Source: an uncultured Chloroflexia bacterium
Lineage (GTDB): Bacteria; Chloroflexota; Anaerolineae; B4-G1; SLSP01
NCBI GenBank assembly: GCA_963751345.1
Contig: CAVVUS010000001.1
Span: 15,235-79,234, forward strand
Length of the DNA stretch: 64,000 nucleotides
Reading direction: 5' to 3'
Shown here: positions 17,049 through 30,681 of the stretch, piece by piece
Layout of the letters: each line of letters opens with the position of its first letter
How positions within the stretch are numbered: position 1 is the stretch's first letter
Position numbers and translations under genes: made by a program
The notes under the pieces: model-generated
What the model was told of the DNA's origin: nothing
Databases searched by the model: none
What the model saw: only the letters and a program-made list of their open reading frames with translations

Positions 17049-19308
17049 CTACGACTGCAGCTCGTCCAGCCGTGCTTGCCGCTCGTCAGTCTCAATCACC
17101 ACGACCTCGTGATCCGTGATAGACGCAACCTCGAAGCGTGCCCAGTCCCCGTCCACTCGGACGGGCAGCACCTGCTCCGCCACCAGGCAGCGCGCGACGG
17201 CGTTCGGCATCGCAGCGGACAGACGCACCGCGACCTCGAACGGCCCGGCGTCCATCAGCTCGTGCAATGGCGCGCGCCAGGCGCCGGGGTGCGAGAGGTT
17301 GACCAGGTGCAGGATCAGGCGCGAGGCGCCGGCTTCATCCTGGCGATAGAGGTGGCAGTCAAGAAGCCCGGTGCCGTCGACACGCAGCGGAATGCGATCG
17401 TTCGCTGCCCACCGCACCAGGTTCGCCAGGAGCTCGCCCGTGGTCGGGCAGGTTGTGCCTGGCGAACGCGTGGTCGAGGCTCGCGGGCAGGTAGGCGATG
17501 CGGCCCCGCCCCGGCACCTCGTTCAGCACCAACGCGGGATCGCGGACCTCAGTGTCCGGCGGCATCCACGCCGTCTCAGGCGGGTAGATCGGGAAGGGCG
17601 GAATGAAGGTCAACGGCACTGTGACGTCCGGCACGACCTGCACCTGCTCCAGCCGCCCGCCGAAGGGCAGCAGATCGGTCTCCTCGAAGCCCAACAGGAC
17701 CGGGTGGCGCTCCCCACGGATCTCGGGCTCGGCCCCAACCTGGGGACCATCCACCTGCGCGCGCAGTTCCGGCCTGACTCGCAGGTAGGTGTGCGCCTCC
17801 TGGGCGTCCCAACTGGGGTCGGTCGAGCGATAGGCGCCGAGGCTTCTGCCCGTGGCGTGGGCGCCGAACAGATCGGCTAGGGCGAAGTCGGGGCGCGGGT
17901 CGCCGTTCTCGTCGTAGAGGCTGCTCTGTCCGGAGGCGATCAAGCCGCCGCCCGCCTCGACGAACCGGCGGATGGCGCCGCACTGCGCGTCGGAGAGGGC
18001 GCCGACGTTGGGTAGGATAAGGAGCGATAGGGAGGGAGGAAGATGGCGCCCAATATCGTCGGCGTGAATCGGGAGATAGGGGATGCGGGCGCGGATCAGC
18101 GCCTGCGCCATGCCCCAGTAGGGCGCCATCACGCGATCCTCGGGCGCGTCCTTGCCGAAGAAATCGACGTTGTCCTGCGACCAGATGAGACCGACGGTGG
18201 CGACCGGACGGCGGTTCGCCAGGTAGCGCTCGTTGCGCGCGTGCCACTGCATGAGCGGCGCGGCGGTGCGGTATTGGCGGCGGTCGTCGTGGTAGGCACC
18301 GATGTGGTGCCACCAGGGCTGGATCGTGCCTGCGAAACCCTCCACCATCCACATGCGCGCCTCGGGTACGGGCCGGCTGGCGACGCGGAAGGTCACCGAG
18401 CCGCTCTGATACATCGCCATCGACTCTGGCACCAGTTTGTCCCAGCCCAGGATGCCGTGTATAAGCTTGCCCATGTCGCCGTTGGCCTGGAAACCGGTGG
18501 CGTCCCTTCGGGTCTGGTTGTCCAGGAAGACTAGCTCGGAGCGCTCGCAGATCGCGCGGTAGTCCCGCAGACTGCGGCTCTGACCGAGGATGTCGCCCGA
18601 GTTCATACCGATCCAGAGACAGTCGGGGCCCCCGGCCTCCTTCGTCGTGCGGTTGTTCAGATCCCAGACCTCCAGCCGCCGCCGGTAGCTCCACCGCACC
18701 CATTCCCGATAGGCCGGGTCATCCCAGTCAACTGCTCCCGGCAGCGCCAGCCCCGTCGCCTCGCGGAAGCTCTGGGCGCAGTTCTCACAGTAGCAGATCT
18801 GATCGCGGTGCAGTCCGCTCCAACTGTTGTCGGCAAATCCATCGGGATGGTAGCGGTCGATGATCTCGCGCAGCACGTCTGGAAGGTAGGTCTCGTAATA
18901 AGGGCTGTGAATGCAGGTGACGTAGAGTGCGCCGGCCCGGTATGGTTCGCCGTTGCGCTTCCGGGCAAACCACTCGGGATGCGCTTCGTAGAATGGTGTA
19001 TGGGCGCGGTTTGAGTCCATACGCGCGACCACCGCCAGGCCCTCGTCACGTGCAGCAGACAGCACCTCCCCAAAGAGGTCGCGGTCGCCCAAGTATTCGG
19101 CGCGGTGTTGCAGCGGGAACCGGCTAGGGTAGTAGGCGACGATGCCGCCCGCATTGACGATGATGCCCTGTATGCGGGTCCTGCGCCACTGCTCGCGCCA
19201 CCAGTCGATATCGTACCGGACGGGATCCAGCTCCGTGATGTTGGTCTGTCCCCAACGGACTGCGCGGCGATACCAGGGACGGGGGTCGACGTCGGTTGGG
19301 TATGGCAT
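17049..19308 (-). CDS. GHL6-like glycoside hydrolase with beta-galactosidase trimerisation domain (frameshift near 17430)
   Basis: RWGQTN, NAGGIVAYYPS, DGFADNSW, CYCENC, LILPNVGALSD, FVEAGGGLIASG; merges ORFs 17359-19308 and 17049-17417. Confidence 0.78.
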
Positions 19309-19423
19309 GAATCCTCCTCAAGGATTACGCCGGGGCCGGCGGAAAGCCCGCGGTCGATTTTCGGCATCAGGTTGCCATCTCTGCTACGCTCAGAGCAGTC
19401 CACCTACGGCCCCAGCGGGTTAC

Positions 19424-19459
19424 CCGTGTAATCTGTGCAATCCGCGGAATCCGTGATTC
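19424..19459. repeat. 9-nt degenerate tandem repeat
   Basis: ccgtgtaat/ctgtgcaat/ccgcggaat/ccgtgattc. Confidence 0.55.
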
Positions 19460-19494
19460 AGACAAAAGGAGCGCGCGGCGAAGGAGAGCTAGGG

Positions 19495-19520
19495 TGGTCC
19501 AATCTCAGAAGATTGGACCA
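19495..19520 (-). terminator. hairpin downstream of purH
   Basis: tggtccaatct-caga-agattggacca, 11-bp stem. Confidence 0.45.
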
Positions 19521-19531
19521 ATCTCCGCCAA

Positions 19532-20783
19532 TCAGTGTTTGAAGCTTCGCTGCCCGGTGAAGACCATAGTCGCGCCGGCCTCGTTCACCGCTTCGATCAC
19601 CTCAAAATCGCGTATGCGATCCACCCGGCTGAATCACGGCGGTGACGCCGTCACTCAGCCCAACATCCACGCCATCACGGAATGGGAAGAAGGCATCGGA
19701 GACCATCACGGCGCCCTTGAGCCCGCCGTGCTCTGCCTGCACCTCCACGTCGATCTCGGCTTGCAGGTCGGGCGCTAGGAAGCGATAGGACGTCTGGTGT
19801 TGGGTATAGGCGAGCCGTTCTGCCATGTTGCGGTGCGCCTTCTCGCGGGCGATCTCGGCGACGCCGACGCGATCCTGCTCGCCCGCACCGATGCCCACCG
19901 TGACCCCGTCTTTGGCATAGAGCACCGAATTGGAGGTCACGCCTGCCTCGACCATCCACCCAAAGAGCATATCGTCGATCTCCGCGGGTGTCGGCGCCCG
20001 GTCCACCTTGTAGGTCTGCCCCCGGTACACCGTCTCGGCCAACTGCAGGTCCTCCGCCGTCCGCGTCCGGGGCACAAACGAGAGCTGCGCGATGACCGCG
20101 CCATCGATGAGGCTCTTGAAGTCGACAAAGCGCTCTGAACGATACGACTGCAGCCGCGCGATGTTACCGATGCGCATGATGCGCAGGTTCTTGCGCGCCG
20201 AGAGGATGTCGACGGTCCCCTCCTCATACTCGGGCGCCACCACAACCTCAGCGTACCGCTCCGCAATCGCCTCGGCCGTAGCCCTGTCGACCGACCGGTT
20301 GACCGCCACGCATCCGCCGAAAGCGGCAATGTGGTCGGCCAGGTCGGCCTTGACGTAGGCGTCGTCGAGCGTCGCACCGAAGGCTACACCGGCAGGGTTG
20401 TTGTGCTTCATCACCGCCGCCGTCGGGCGATCGACGGGCAAAAAGCGCAGGATGTTCAGGGCATTGTCGGCATCCGTCAGGTTGATCTTGCCCGGATGCT
20501 TGCCGAATTGCAGCAGTTCCGCGTCTGATACCAGGTATCGACCGGGGGAGATCGTCGTTACCTCACCCAGCGTCAGGTTACCGTTGATGAGCTTATAGAG
20601 TGCAGCTTCCTGGCCGGGGTTCTCCCCATAGCGGAGCCCCCGACGCTCACCCTCGATCTCCCACGTCACCTTCTCATATACCAGCGTCGATCGGCCCTCA
20701 TCGAAGACGAAGCTGATCTCCATCCGCTCCGGAAAGTGGTCACCCAGTATCGTACGATAGGCCTTCTTCAGATCTTCTGGCAT
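19532..20783 (-). CDS. purH: AICAR transformylase half of PurH (stand-alone; frameshift near 19615)
   Basis: LRYGENPGQ.AA, KHNNPAG, AFGG, EVVVAP, SNSV, GAGEQDR, SDAFFPFRDG, IQPGGS, then ..FTGQRSFKH*. Confidence 0.9.
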
Positions 20784-20839
20784 GAGCTCCTCCTTGGATG
20801 TACACAAGCCCTGTGAAAGTTTCGCAAACCTCCGTCAGA

Positions 20840-21524
20840 TTAGTCTTTCAGTGAATACGCGTCCGGTACTTCAGCCGGGTCCTGCGCGTCCAGATAGGCG
20901 GCGATGGCGGTATCATATGCCGCCGTGTGGCCAAACGCCTTTCGTGCATAGCGGAAGCGCGTCGGCGAGGTCGAGCGTGCCATTCCCCGCTGCCAGCTCG
21001 GTAAGCAGCACGGGGTAGTCCGCCGGGTCGACAACGGGCACAACACGAAGGTAGTTCTTCGCTGCAGCGCGCAGCATGCACGGGCCGCCAATGTCGATAT
21101 TGGCCCGCGCCTGCTCGACGGTTACACCCTCTCTGGCCACGGTGGCGGCGAAGGGATAGAGATTCACGACGACCATATCGATAGGCAGCGCCCGCGTCCT
21201 GGCGAGGTCGGCCTGATGTGCCTCGTTGTAGGTCTCGGTCAGCAGCCCCAAGTAGATCTTGAAGTCCAGCGTCTTCACCAGCCCGCCCTGGGTCTCGGGT
21301 TGCCCCGTATAGGCCGAGACAGGCGTCAGATGCGTGGCGGCCCCGTCCGTACCCAGAATCTCGGCCAGGCTGCGATAGGTGCCGCCTGTCGAGTAAAAGT
21401 GCATATGGGGGTTGATCTTGAGCAACCCCGGTATCAGTAAGTCGAGGCCCGACTTGTCGGATACGCTCACCAGCGCGCGCTCCACCCGGACCTGCGCGTC
21501 CACCTTTTCCACAAAGTTCACCAT
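20840..21524 (-). CDS. purH: IMP cyclohydrolase (MGS-like) half of PurH (stand-alone; frameshift near 20950)
   Basis: RALVSVSDKSG, STGGT, TGQPE..GGLVKTL, DMVVVNLYPF, IDIGGP.MLRAAAKN, AFGHTAAYD.AI. Confidence 0.9.
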
Positions 21525-21648
21525 CGCGCGCCTCCACCCGTAACACAAAGAGGGGGAACGCTCACTCCAATTGCGCGCGCTCCCCCCTGCCAAGTAACCG
21601 TTGAGTCCAGAACAACATCCACACCCGCCGGCCGATATCCGGCGGGCG

Positions 21649-22131
21649 TCACGGCCCCTGGATGATCATGACCGAACAGGGCACGTACTCGATGACGTGC
21701 TCAGTCGTGCTACCGATGTAGGTACGTCGGGAGCTATGTCGATTGGATCGACCGAGGACGATCAGGTCTACATCACTATCGCGGACGACGTCGGCAATCT
21801 GCCGGTGAGGGACACCCTCGCGGACGATCCGGCTGCACTCGACATTGTGATTCTTGGCAATCCGGGCGACGTGCTCCAGGTACCGCCAACCCTTTGCTTC
21901 CAGCTTCCGTCGGACCCTCTCGGTGGTCTCGCCGGAGACTGCCGCTACCTCCGCTACCGTACGATCGTCAATCACGTAGATTGCAACGATCGGGAGGGCG
22001 TGAAACGCGGCCATCCTTACCGCCATATGTGCGGCGTCGATAGAAGTGTCTGACCCGTCAATCGGCACCAGTATTCGATGAAAGGGACTTACCTGGCGAT
22101 CCCCACTTCCAGATGTGATTGGAACCTCCAC
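21649..22131 (-). CDS. universal stress protein
   Basis: RILVPIDGS, G.PH..I, DLIVLG, IGSTTEHVIEY.PCSVMII. Confidence 0.92.
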   Translation of the reverse strand: MEVPITSGSGDRQVSPFHRILVPIDGSDTSIDAAHMAVRMAAFHALPIVAIYVIDDRTVAEVAAVSGETTERVRRKLEAKGWRYLEHVARIAKNHNVECSRIVREGVPHRQIADVVRDSDVDLIVLGRSNRHSSRRTYIGSTTEHVIEYVPCSVMIIQGP

Positions 22132-22165
22132 TTTAGCCTCCCGTGCTGCCGATATGCCGTGCTCG

Positions 22166-22812
22166 CTATCCGGCCACAGCGTTGTCAGGGCCGTAGTCGG
22201 TACCGTGTTTCGATTTGACCCGTTTCAGGCGGAAGAGCTCCTCGCGTTCCCGCTCCTCCAGAACCCCCTCGATATAGTGAACGGTATTCTCGTACTGGGG
22301 AATGAAGACGTGCTCCAGGGCGTTGACACGGCGCTGTGTCTTCTGCAGCTCACGGGCGAGCCGCCACGCAGTGGTCAGGGCCTCCACCAAGCCGGGCATC
22401 TCACTGAGCACCTTGCGATACCTCTCGGCGGCCTCGTCCAACGCGACCGTGGTGTTGCCCATCGAATAAGAGATCTCCGGCGGGCCACCGCTCCCCTCCA
22501 CGGTAGGCACCGACACGCCCATCACGCTCCGCGGCGTGACGTCGACCTCGATCGTCTTGTTCACCGACAGGGCGGCCCACTCCAGGTGCTCGCGCCCCAT
22601 CTCCAACTGGGCGATGCTGAGGGCGCCGTAGGCGTTGGCCAGAAGGTCCCAGACTGTGGTTTGGAGCTCTGCGGCCTCGTGCGCGACCTGCAACAACTCG
22701 GTGGTCAACACCTCACGCTTTCTGTCCAGAATGTCGTGGCCCTCACTTGCCAGGGCCAGCGTCTTCCGCGCGCTCAGCAGATTGCTGCGCGTCGGCGCCA
22801 TGTTCAGTTTCT

Positions 22813-22816
<4 letters not shown>
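22166..22816 (-). CDS. ntpD: V/A-type ATP synthase subunit D
   Basis: PTRSNL, GHDILDRKREVL, KTQRRVNALEHVFIP, LEEREREE.FRLK. Confidence 0.95.
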
Positions 22817-24345
<1,529 letters not shown>

Positions 24346-24349
<4 letters not shown>

Positions 24350-26131
24350 AGATATCTCCGATCCAGGTCATCCATCTGGTCCCGCAGGTCGGTGGCAATG
24401 GCATCGAACTCCTCGATCTGATCGTTCGAGATCGTCTGCTTCATACGCACGATGCGGTTGACCACGGGAAGATTGCGAATGACCACGACCGGGCATCCCT
24501 TCGACACCAAGCGAGACGCACGGCCGTGATACGCAAGGATTAACCCGAGCATCCGCGACTGCTTGGCGATGCCGGCGTACGTATCGATGTCATCCGTCGC
24601 GTCCTGCTGCAGGAACCCCTCACGCAGCAGACGCGCCGTCTCCAGGATCAGCCGCTGATCGTCCGGCAGCGCATCCGCGCCGATGAGCTGAACGATCTGC
24701 TGCAGATGGTCCTCACGCTGGAGGATCTCCAGCGCGTGAGTACGCTGCTCGGACCAGTCCGGGAGCCCGTGGTCCTCCCACCACCCCTCGACCTCGTCCA
24801 CGTACTGGCTGTAGCTGTTGAGCCAGTTCACAGAGGGGAAGTGTCGCTCCGAGGCCAGATCCTTGTCCAGTGCCCAGAAGCAGCGCACAAAGCGCCGCGT
24901 GTGCTGGGTCACCGGCTCGGAGAAATCACCACCGGGCGGGCTCACCGCGCCGATGAGGCTGACCGATCCCTCCTGACCGGCCAGGTCGTGACCCGGCCGG
25001 CGCGCTCATAGAACTCCGCCAGACGCGCCGGAAGATAGGCAGGGAACCCTTCCTCAGCGGGCATCTCCTCCAACCGGCCCGAGATCTCTCGCAGCGCCTC
25101 CGCCCAGCGCGAGGTCGAGTCGGCCATCATCGCCACGTCGTAGCCCATGTCGCGGTAATACTCCGCCAACGTGACGCCGGTATAGATGCTGGCCTCGCGC
25201 GCGGCCACCGGCATGTTCGACGTGTTGGCGATCAGGATCGTGCGCTCCATCAGCGGATGCCCCGACTTCGGGTCGTGAAGTTCGGGGAACTGCCGGAGGA
25301 CATCGGCCATCTCGTTGCCGCGCTCGCCACAGCCGACGTAGATGATGACGTCCGCGTTGCTCCACTTGGCCACCTGGTGCTGAAGTACCGTCTTGCCCGC
25401 GCCGAATCCGCCGGGGATCGCCGCGGTCCCCCCATGGCGAGCGGGAAAAAGGTGTCCAACACCCGCTGACCGGTGACCAGCACCTGGTTGGGCCGCAGAC
25501 GCTGCAGGTGAGGCCGGGGGCGTCGCACAGGCCACTGCTGCAACATGGTGATGCTCTGCTCACCCTTCGCCGTCGTAACGATCCTGGCGATTTCGTCATT
25601 GAGCGTATACTCCCCTTCCTCGGCAATCCACGACAGATAACCCGAGATACCCGGTGGCACCATCACTTTGTGGGTGACCAACGGCGTTTCGGGGACGGTC
25701 CCAAGAATCGCCCCTTCGGAAAGATTTGCGTTTTGCTCCACGGTCGGCGTGAAGTGCCATTCCTGCTTGCGATAGAGGGGCGTGAGCCGGATGCCGCGCC
25801 CGATGAAGGGGCCGCTACGCTGCTCCATCACCGTCAGGGGGCGCTGAATACCGTCAAAGACGCCCGACATGAGACCGGGACCGAGCTCAACTGAGAGCGG
25901 GGCACCCGTGCCATAGACAGCAGCGCCCGGGCGCAGCCCCGAGGTCTCCTCGTAGACCTGAATGGTGAGATTTGTGTGTTCAAGCCCGATCACCTCACCC
26001 ACGAGATGCTCCGGCCCAACCTGCACGACCTCGTACATTCCGGTCTTCTCGGATCCCTTAGCCCGAACCACCGGGCCGTTGACCCAAGTGAGATCTCCAA
26101 TCCGTGGTAGATCTACTTCAGTCCCGATCAT
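24346..26131 (-). CDS. ntpA: V/A-type ATP synthase subunit A (two frameshifts, near 25430 and 24985)
   Basis: Walker [52 protein letters not shown]. Confidence 0.95.
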
Positions 26132-26196
26132 GTGCTTCTCCCTCCTTCAGCACATCCTGGAACTCATCCGCAGTCGCGCCATCCAGTAGATCTACC

Positions 26197-26823
26197 CTAA
26201 TCCTGAGCATTTGCCTCTCCCATCAAGATGCGATACACAGATGTCCGCAAAGCGGATCGCATCCTATTCAGCCGCGTCTGGAAAGTGTTGTCGTATCGCA
26301 GACGTCCATCCGGTGACTCAAGGATAATCCCCGTTCCCTCCAATAAGGGCTCACCTACCTCGACCTGGTAGCCAACGAGCTCACTGAGATGATTGAGGAA
26401 GCTCTGGTCTAGCAGGGCCAATGTCTCCTTATCACCGCTGACCTTGACCACATCCAGCCCACCCAGATGCTCAGAAGCTTCCGCTACCAGACCTTCGACG
26501 ATCGTCCTATAGTCCTCAAGGTCGCTCGGATTGGACAGGTGCTCCAGGGTCTCATCGAAGACATGCTGCAACAAGGACTCGCGGCGGCGCACCTTCAGTG
26601 CCCTGGCTTCCAGCCCTGCGGAGCCGACGGCCTCCCTCCGGATGCGCAGGGCTTTTGCCTCAGCCGTCTCCTGTATGCGATCCCGTTCCGCAGTGGATTC
26701 GGCTTCAGCCTGCTCATGAAGTTCCTGGGCCTGCGCCAGTGCGGCCGAAATGATGCGTTGACGATCCCGCTTGGCTTCTGTCATAATCGTCTCGCGAAGC
26801 CTATCGACGTCATGTTGTCTCAT
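26197..26823 (-). CDS. ntpE: V/A-type ATP synthase subunit E
   Basis: Long N-terminal helix, GIILES.DG..YDNTF..RL; operon position. Confidence 0.85.
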   Translation of the reverse strand: MRQHDVDRLRETIMTEAKRDRQRIISAALAQAQELHEQAEAESTAERDRIQETAEAKALRIRREAVGSAGLEARALKVRRRESLLQHVFDETLEHLSNPSDLEDYRTIVEGLVAEASEHLGGLDVVKVSGDKETLALLDQSFLNHLSELVGYQVEVGEPLLEGTGIILESPDGRLRYDNTFQTRLNRMRSALRTSVYRILMGEANAQD

Positions 26824-27125
26824 ACCCTCACCCCAATCGTATGGCGCAATATCTCACGTATGGAGGGACGGTCCGCCGAGGGTCCTTCGGGGCCGGGGAT
26901 CTCCACAACCAGCGGAATCTCGCTACGTATTGTCAAAGTATCCATACGCTCTCTGGCTAGCGCTGCAGCATCTTCAGTGACAAGGACAATCCCAACGGAG
27001 GCATCCGATAGTGCCTCGTCCAGCGCCTGGTTGAGCGCCTCAGCCGTCTCAACCACGCGTCCCCGGACGCCGGTGAGAGCGAACCCCCACACAGCAGGCG
27101 CCGCCCCAATCACGAGCAACTTCAT
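26820..27125 (-). CDS. ntpF: V/A-type ATP synthase subunit F
   Basis: VIG....GFALTG, GIVLVTE, PLVVEIP, IG. Confidence 0.9.
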   Translation of the reverse strand: MKLLVIGAAPAVWGFALTGVRGRVVETAEALNQALDEALSDASVGIVLVTEDAAALARERMDTLTIRSEIPLVVEIPGPEGPSADRPSIREILRHTIGVRV

Positions 27126-27131
27126 ACAAGG

Positions 27132-27572
27132 TCACCCAAGGATGATGAAGGCAATGATCAGGCCGTAGATCGCGACACCTTCGGCCAGCCCGACAAAGAG
27201 CAGGACACGGCCAAAAATCTCGGGCTTCTCAGCTACCGTGCCCACAGCGGCCGAACCGACCGCACCCACCGCATATCCGGCCGCCAGACTTCCAATGGCT
27301 ACGGACACGGCTGCGCCGATATACTGCATAGGGTCTCGGGTCGTGGCTGCCTGTGAGAGTCCCGCGGCAGCCACGAAGCCGGGCGCGAAGAGCCAGGCGG
27401 CGGCCATGCCCATCACGGCCAGCGCCATGATGAAATCGAGGGCGCCCAAACCGAATACGGTCTCCAGCGTCATAGATGCGAACCCGCGACGACGTCTGAC
27501 CAGCAAGAGTGTCGCTGGCACAACAGGAATCAACACGGCAAACAGCGCTATCACCAATCTCATCTCATCCAC
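27132..27572 (-). CDS. ntpK: V/A-type ATP synthase proteolipid subunit K/c
   Basis: GSAAVG..AEKPE.FG...FVGLAEGVAIYGL. Confidence 0.92.
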   Translation of the reverse strand: MDEMRLVIALFAVLIPVVPATLLLVRRRRGFASMTLETVFGLGALDFIMALAVMGMAAAWLFAPGFVAAAGLSQAATTRDPMQYIGAAVSVAIGSLAAGYAVGAVGSAAVGTVAEKPEIFGRVLLFVGLAEGVAIYGLIIAFIILG

Positions 27573-27591
27573 CTCCAGAATAGACCATCCA

Positions 27592-29540
27592 TCAATCTTC
27601 TTCGGATAGTAGCAGCGTCAGAGGCTGATAGCGCTCGCCACTAGCCGTAAAGAACTTGCTGAACAACTCATAGTACTCCAGACGCAACGTCTGAATCGCC
27701 ACAATCATTCCCTCGAACCCGATGACCAGCAGGTTTCCAAGGGCCACCACCAACCAATACCCGACACTCTGCCCGGGATCGACCATCTTCGCAAGGATGA
27801 AAACTACCATGCTGAGCGCACCATGCGCTACGGCGAAAGCACCCATACGCACGTATGACAGCGTATTGCTCATGACGGTGAGGATATTCTCAAAGAGCTC
27901 GAAGAAACCCTCGACCACAGCCATACCGACGTGCCCCTTCGGAGGCGTGCGCCTCTCTACCAGCGATTCCAGGAGGCTCGAAAGAGCGATCACCAGACCG
28001 GTGACCACTGCCGACGCTCCAAGCACGGCAGTGCCGACCGGCACGCTGGGAGTCAGGTAGCCCGCGGCCAGCCCAATCAAGGACCAGTAGAAGAGGATCC
28101 CTGCGACACCGTTGCGATTGACGAGCGCCTGAAGCCACGCCCCCTTGAGCGCCGTCCCGATCACATTGTAGATCATACCGATTGTGATCACAGCCATACC
28201 GAGGGAGATGGTGGCAATCAGTATCGCGCTGGTACTGTCCAGTGGGTGAAGCCATAGCGCGGGCAAGACCTGCTCAAACCCGAAGATACTACCATACAGA
28301 AATCCGAAGATCATCGACACGATGCCACTTACGGCGACGATGCCTCCGAAGGCAGAGAAGCTCTCCAGAGCCTGCACTCGGCGACTCAGGATCAGGAACC
28401 CGAGCAAGGCCAGCATCAGGCCATGACCAACATCGCCGAACATCACGCCGAAAATCAGTGGAAACGTGATCGCCACGATCGGCGTCGGATCCAGTTCGTC
28501 ATAGGCAGGATAGCCGTAGATCGTGACCAGGCGCTCAAACATGCGGAGGATCGGCGGATTGTGGAACTCGAAGGGGGCGGTCAGGCGCTCGCTGGACGTA
28601 GGCGTCCTGGCCTCCACGAGCGTGTTGTCTGAGACCTCTGCAATCGTTTCTCTGAGCTTCGTGAGCTTCGTCTCAGGGACCCACCCTGTCACGAGATACA
28701 TATAGTGAAACTGGTTGAACTTCGAGATGGTCTGGACCAGCTTGAGGCTGGCCCGCACGCGCCACAGCAGGTGGCGCAATCGGGTGACGCGCGTGTCGTG
28801 TAGCTCGACGAGACGCTTCTCCAAGTCCATCACGTGATCGCGCGTGTTGGCAATGGTATTTTCGAGGGATGCCAGAATCTCGTCCGGCGTGCCCTGGTAC
28901 TCTTCGGGGAGCTCCGTGGGTGTCAGGTACGCGCTCCGCGCGGCCCGCTGCAAGAGCGGTGCATCGTACTTCCGACCGAAGAGCGCGACCACAGCCATCG
29001 CGCCACTCTGCGTCAGGACCAAGAGCACGGACGGGACGTGTTCGAGGCTGCTGTTGAGCCGCTGCACGTTGTCGACCGGCATCGACCCAAGCATGGCGAA
29101 GAGGTACGTGGTATGGCGGAAGTGCTGCAGGCCGATGTCTAGCCCCGCGAGCAGGCCAAGCTGCTCGCGAATCTCGCGCAGCCGATCGAGCCTTCCCCGG
29201 GCCTCCAAGAGCTCCTGCGCCGGACCCTGGCCTCCGCCTCCGCCAACTCAACGTCCTTTTCGGCCACCTCCGAACTGATAAGGTGCAGCGACTCCTTGGG
29301 CGGCGGGCCGGCCTCCACGGCCAGTAGCTCCATCACATCAGCTATCCGCTGCACCAGTGATATATACGCATTGGCACGCTTATCCCAGTTCGCCGTCTGC
29401 AGGGCTCCGCCGTCGCCCACCGCACCCAAGTACTCAGACATATGGAACACGCCAGCAGTTGCCAGAGCCTCTGTGACGACAACGATGTCGTGCTCAGGCA
29501 CTACGAGTTCCACCCGGTACATCTGCAGTGATCGAAACAC
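27592..29540 (-). CDS. ntpI: V/A-type ATP synthase subunit I/a (frameshift near 29220)
   Basis: YG.P.YDELDPT, FGVMFGDVGHG, SNTLSYVR, HGAL, LRLEYYE.F.KF. Confidence 0.93.
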
Positions 29541-29599
29541 GTCACACCTCCCAGTACACCCTATCCCACATTACTGTAATACACTGCCAGGCTCTTGCG

Positions 29600-30667
29600 C
29601 TATGAGGATGTTGGCATCAGCAGCATCGGGGCAAACACGTCGGACGACACATCCGATGCCTTCGCCTCGACAATGACCGTCACATCTCGAATCTCATACT
29701 CATTCAGCAATACATAAGCCAACGGAAGCCCAATATGGAAAGGGGATCCCAGGAACATACGACGACAGCGGGCGATCAGGAGTCGCAGAAGTGACTGCTC
29801 CAGACGCGCCAATCCTTCTCCCGACTCGAACGATACGCCCCGCAGGTCATCGCGGAGATTGGGATATATGCCTAAGACGATTTGCGCAATGTCGGCACCA
29901 TGGGCGATGGCGTGAATGTCCTCCTCCTTCACCTGATAGCCTATCGCCAGAGTGTAGTTGATGATCTCTGCCTCGGACAGATGATGGTACACGCGATAGC
30001 GAATCGCCCAGAGTAGATTATCGTTGTCCAGGACGGTGCCCACCGTCTTCAATGCCATCTCGCGGTCTCGACGGTTGAGATGCAGAATGCTCGCCCATAG
30101 ATCCCGCCGGTATCCGAGATCGAGGGCAACTTCAAGGGGAAAAAGGCTGTTCTCTTCTTCATAACGCGTCATTGCGTGATCAAGAATTGTGAAGTAGGGG
30201 GTGCCCTTCAGAACGTCAACAGCCCTGTGGATGCTGCCGGTATAGACCATTCGCTCAAGCACATCGACGCCGACGGAGACGTACTTATCCATAGGGTAGA
30301 GAAGATGCAGAACCTGGTCCCACGAAGCACCGGCCTCCACCCCGCGCAGCGCGACCTTGATGTTATCGACCTCGTAGTGGTGCCAGAGCTCGCTGATCAC
30401 GGGGCGGGCTTCGTCGGGTGCGATACGGACTAACTTCTCGTATACCTCGGCGAGGTGGCGTCGGATCTGGTAGATCGTCCGCCGAGGTGTCAGTAGCGGC
30501 CTGTCGATCTCCAGATGAGGACCATAGATGGTGTCGCTGAGTACACCCAGCGTGGCGTCATAGTCCTGGGCTCGGATGAGTGAGTCCCAGGTTGCAGGTG
30601 ACAGCAGGTTCGCATACAGCGCACGCACCGTGGCCTGCGTGAGAGAATAAGCCATGACCCCGCCCAT
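29600..30667 (-). CDS. ntpC: V/A-type ATP synthase subunit C/d
   Basis: YEVDNIKVALR, LEVALDL.Y, D.DNLLWAIR, EYEIRDVTVIVEA. Confidence 0.88.
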   Translation of the reverse strand: MGGVMAYSLTQATVRALYANLLSPATWDSLIRAQDYDATLGVLSDTIYGPHLEIDRPLLTPRRTIYQIRRHLAEVYEKLVRIAPDEARPVISELWHHYEVDNIKVALRGVEAGASWDQVLHLLYPMDKYVSVGVDVLERMVYTGSIHRAVDVLKGTPYFTILDHAMTRYEEENSLFPLEVALDLGYRRDLWASILHLNRRDREMALKTVGTVLDNDNLLWAIRYRVYHHLSEAEIINYTLAIGYQVKEEDIHAIAHGADIAQIVLGIYPNLRDDLRGVSFESGEGLARLEQSLLRLLIARCRRMFLGSPFHIGLPLAYVLLNEYEIRDVTVIVEAKASDVSSDVFAPMLLMPTSS

Positions 30668-30681
30668 CGCGCCGGCCTCGT

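Noticed and set aside
21525-21648. ZMP/ZTP riboswitch upstream of purH
   Set aside because: Only generic GC hairpins are present; I could not find the conserved ZTP aptamer motifs. An Rfam scan would settle it.
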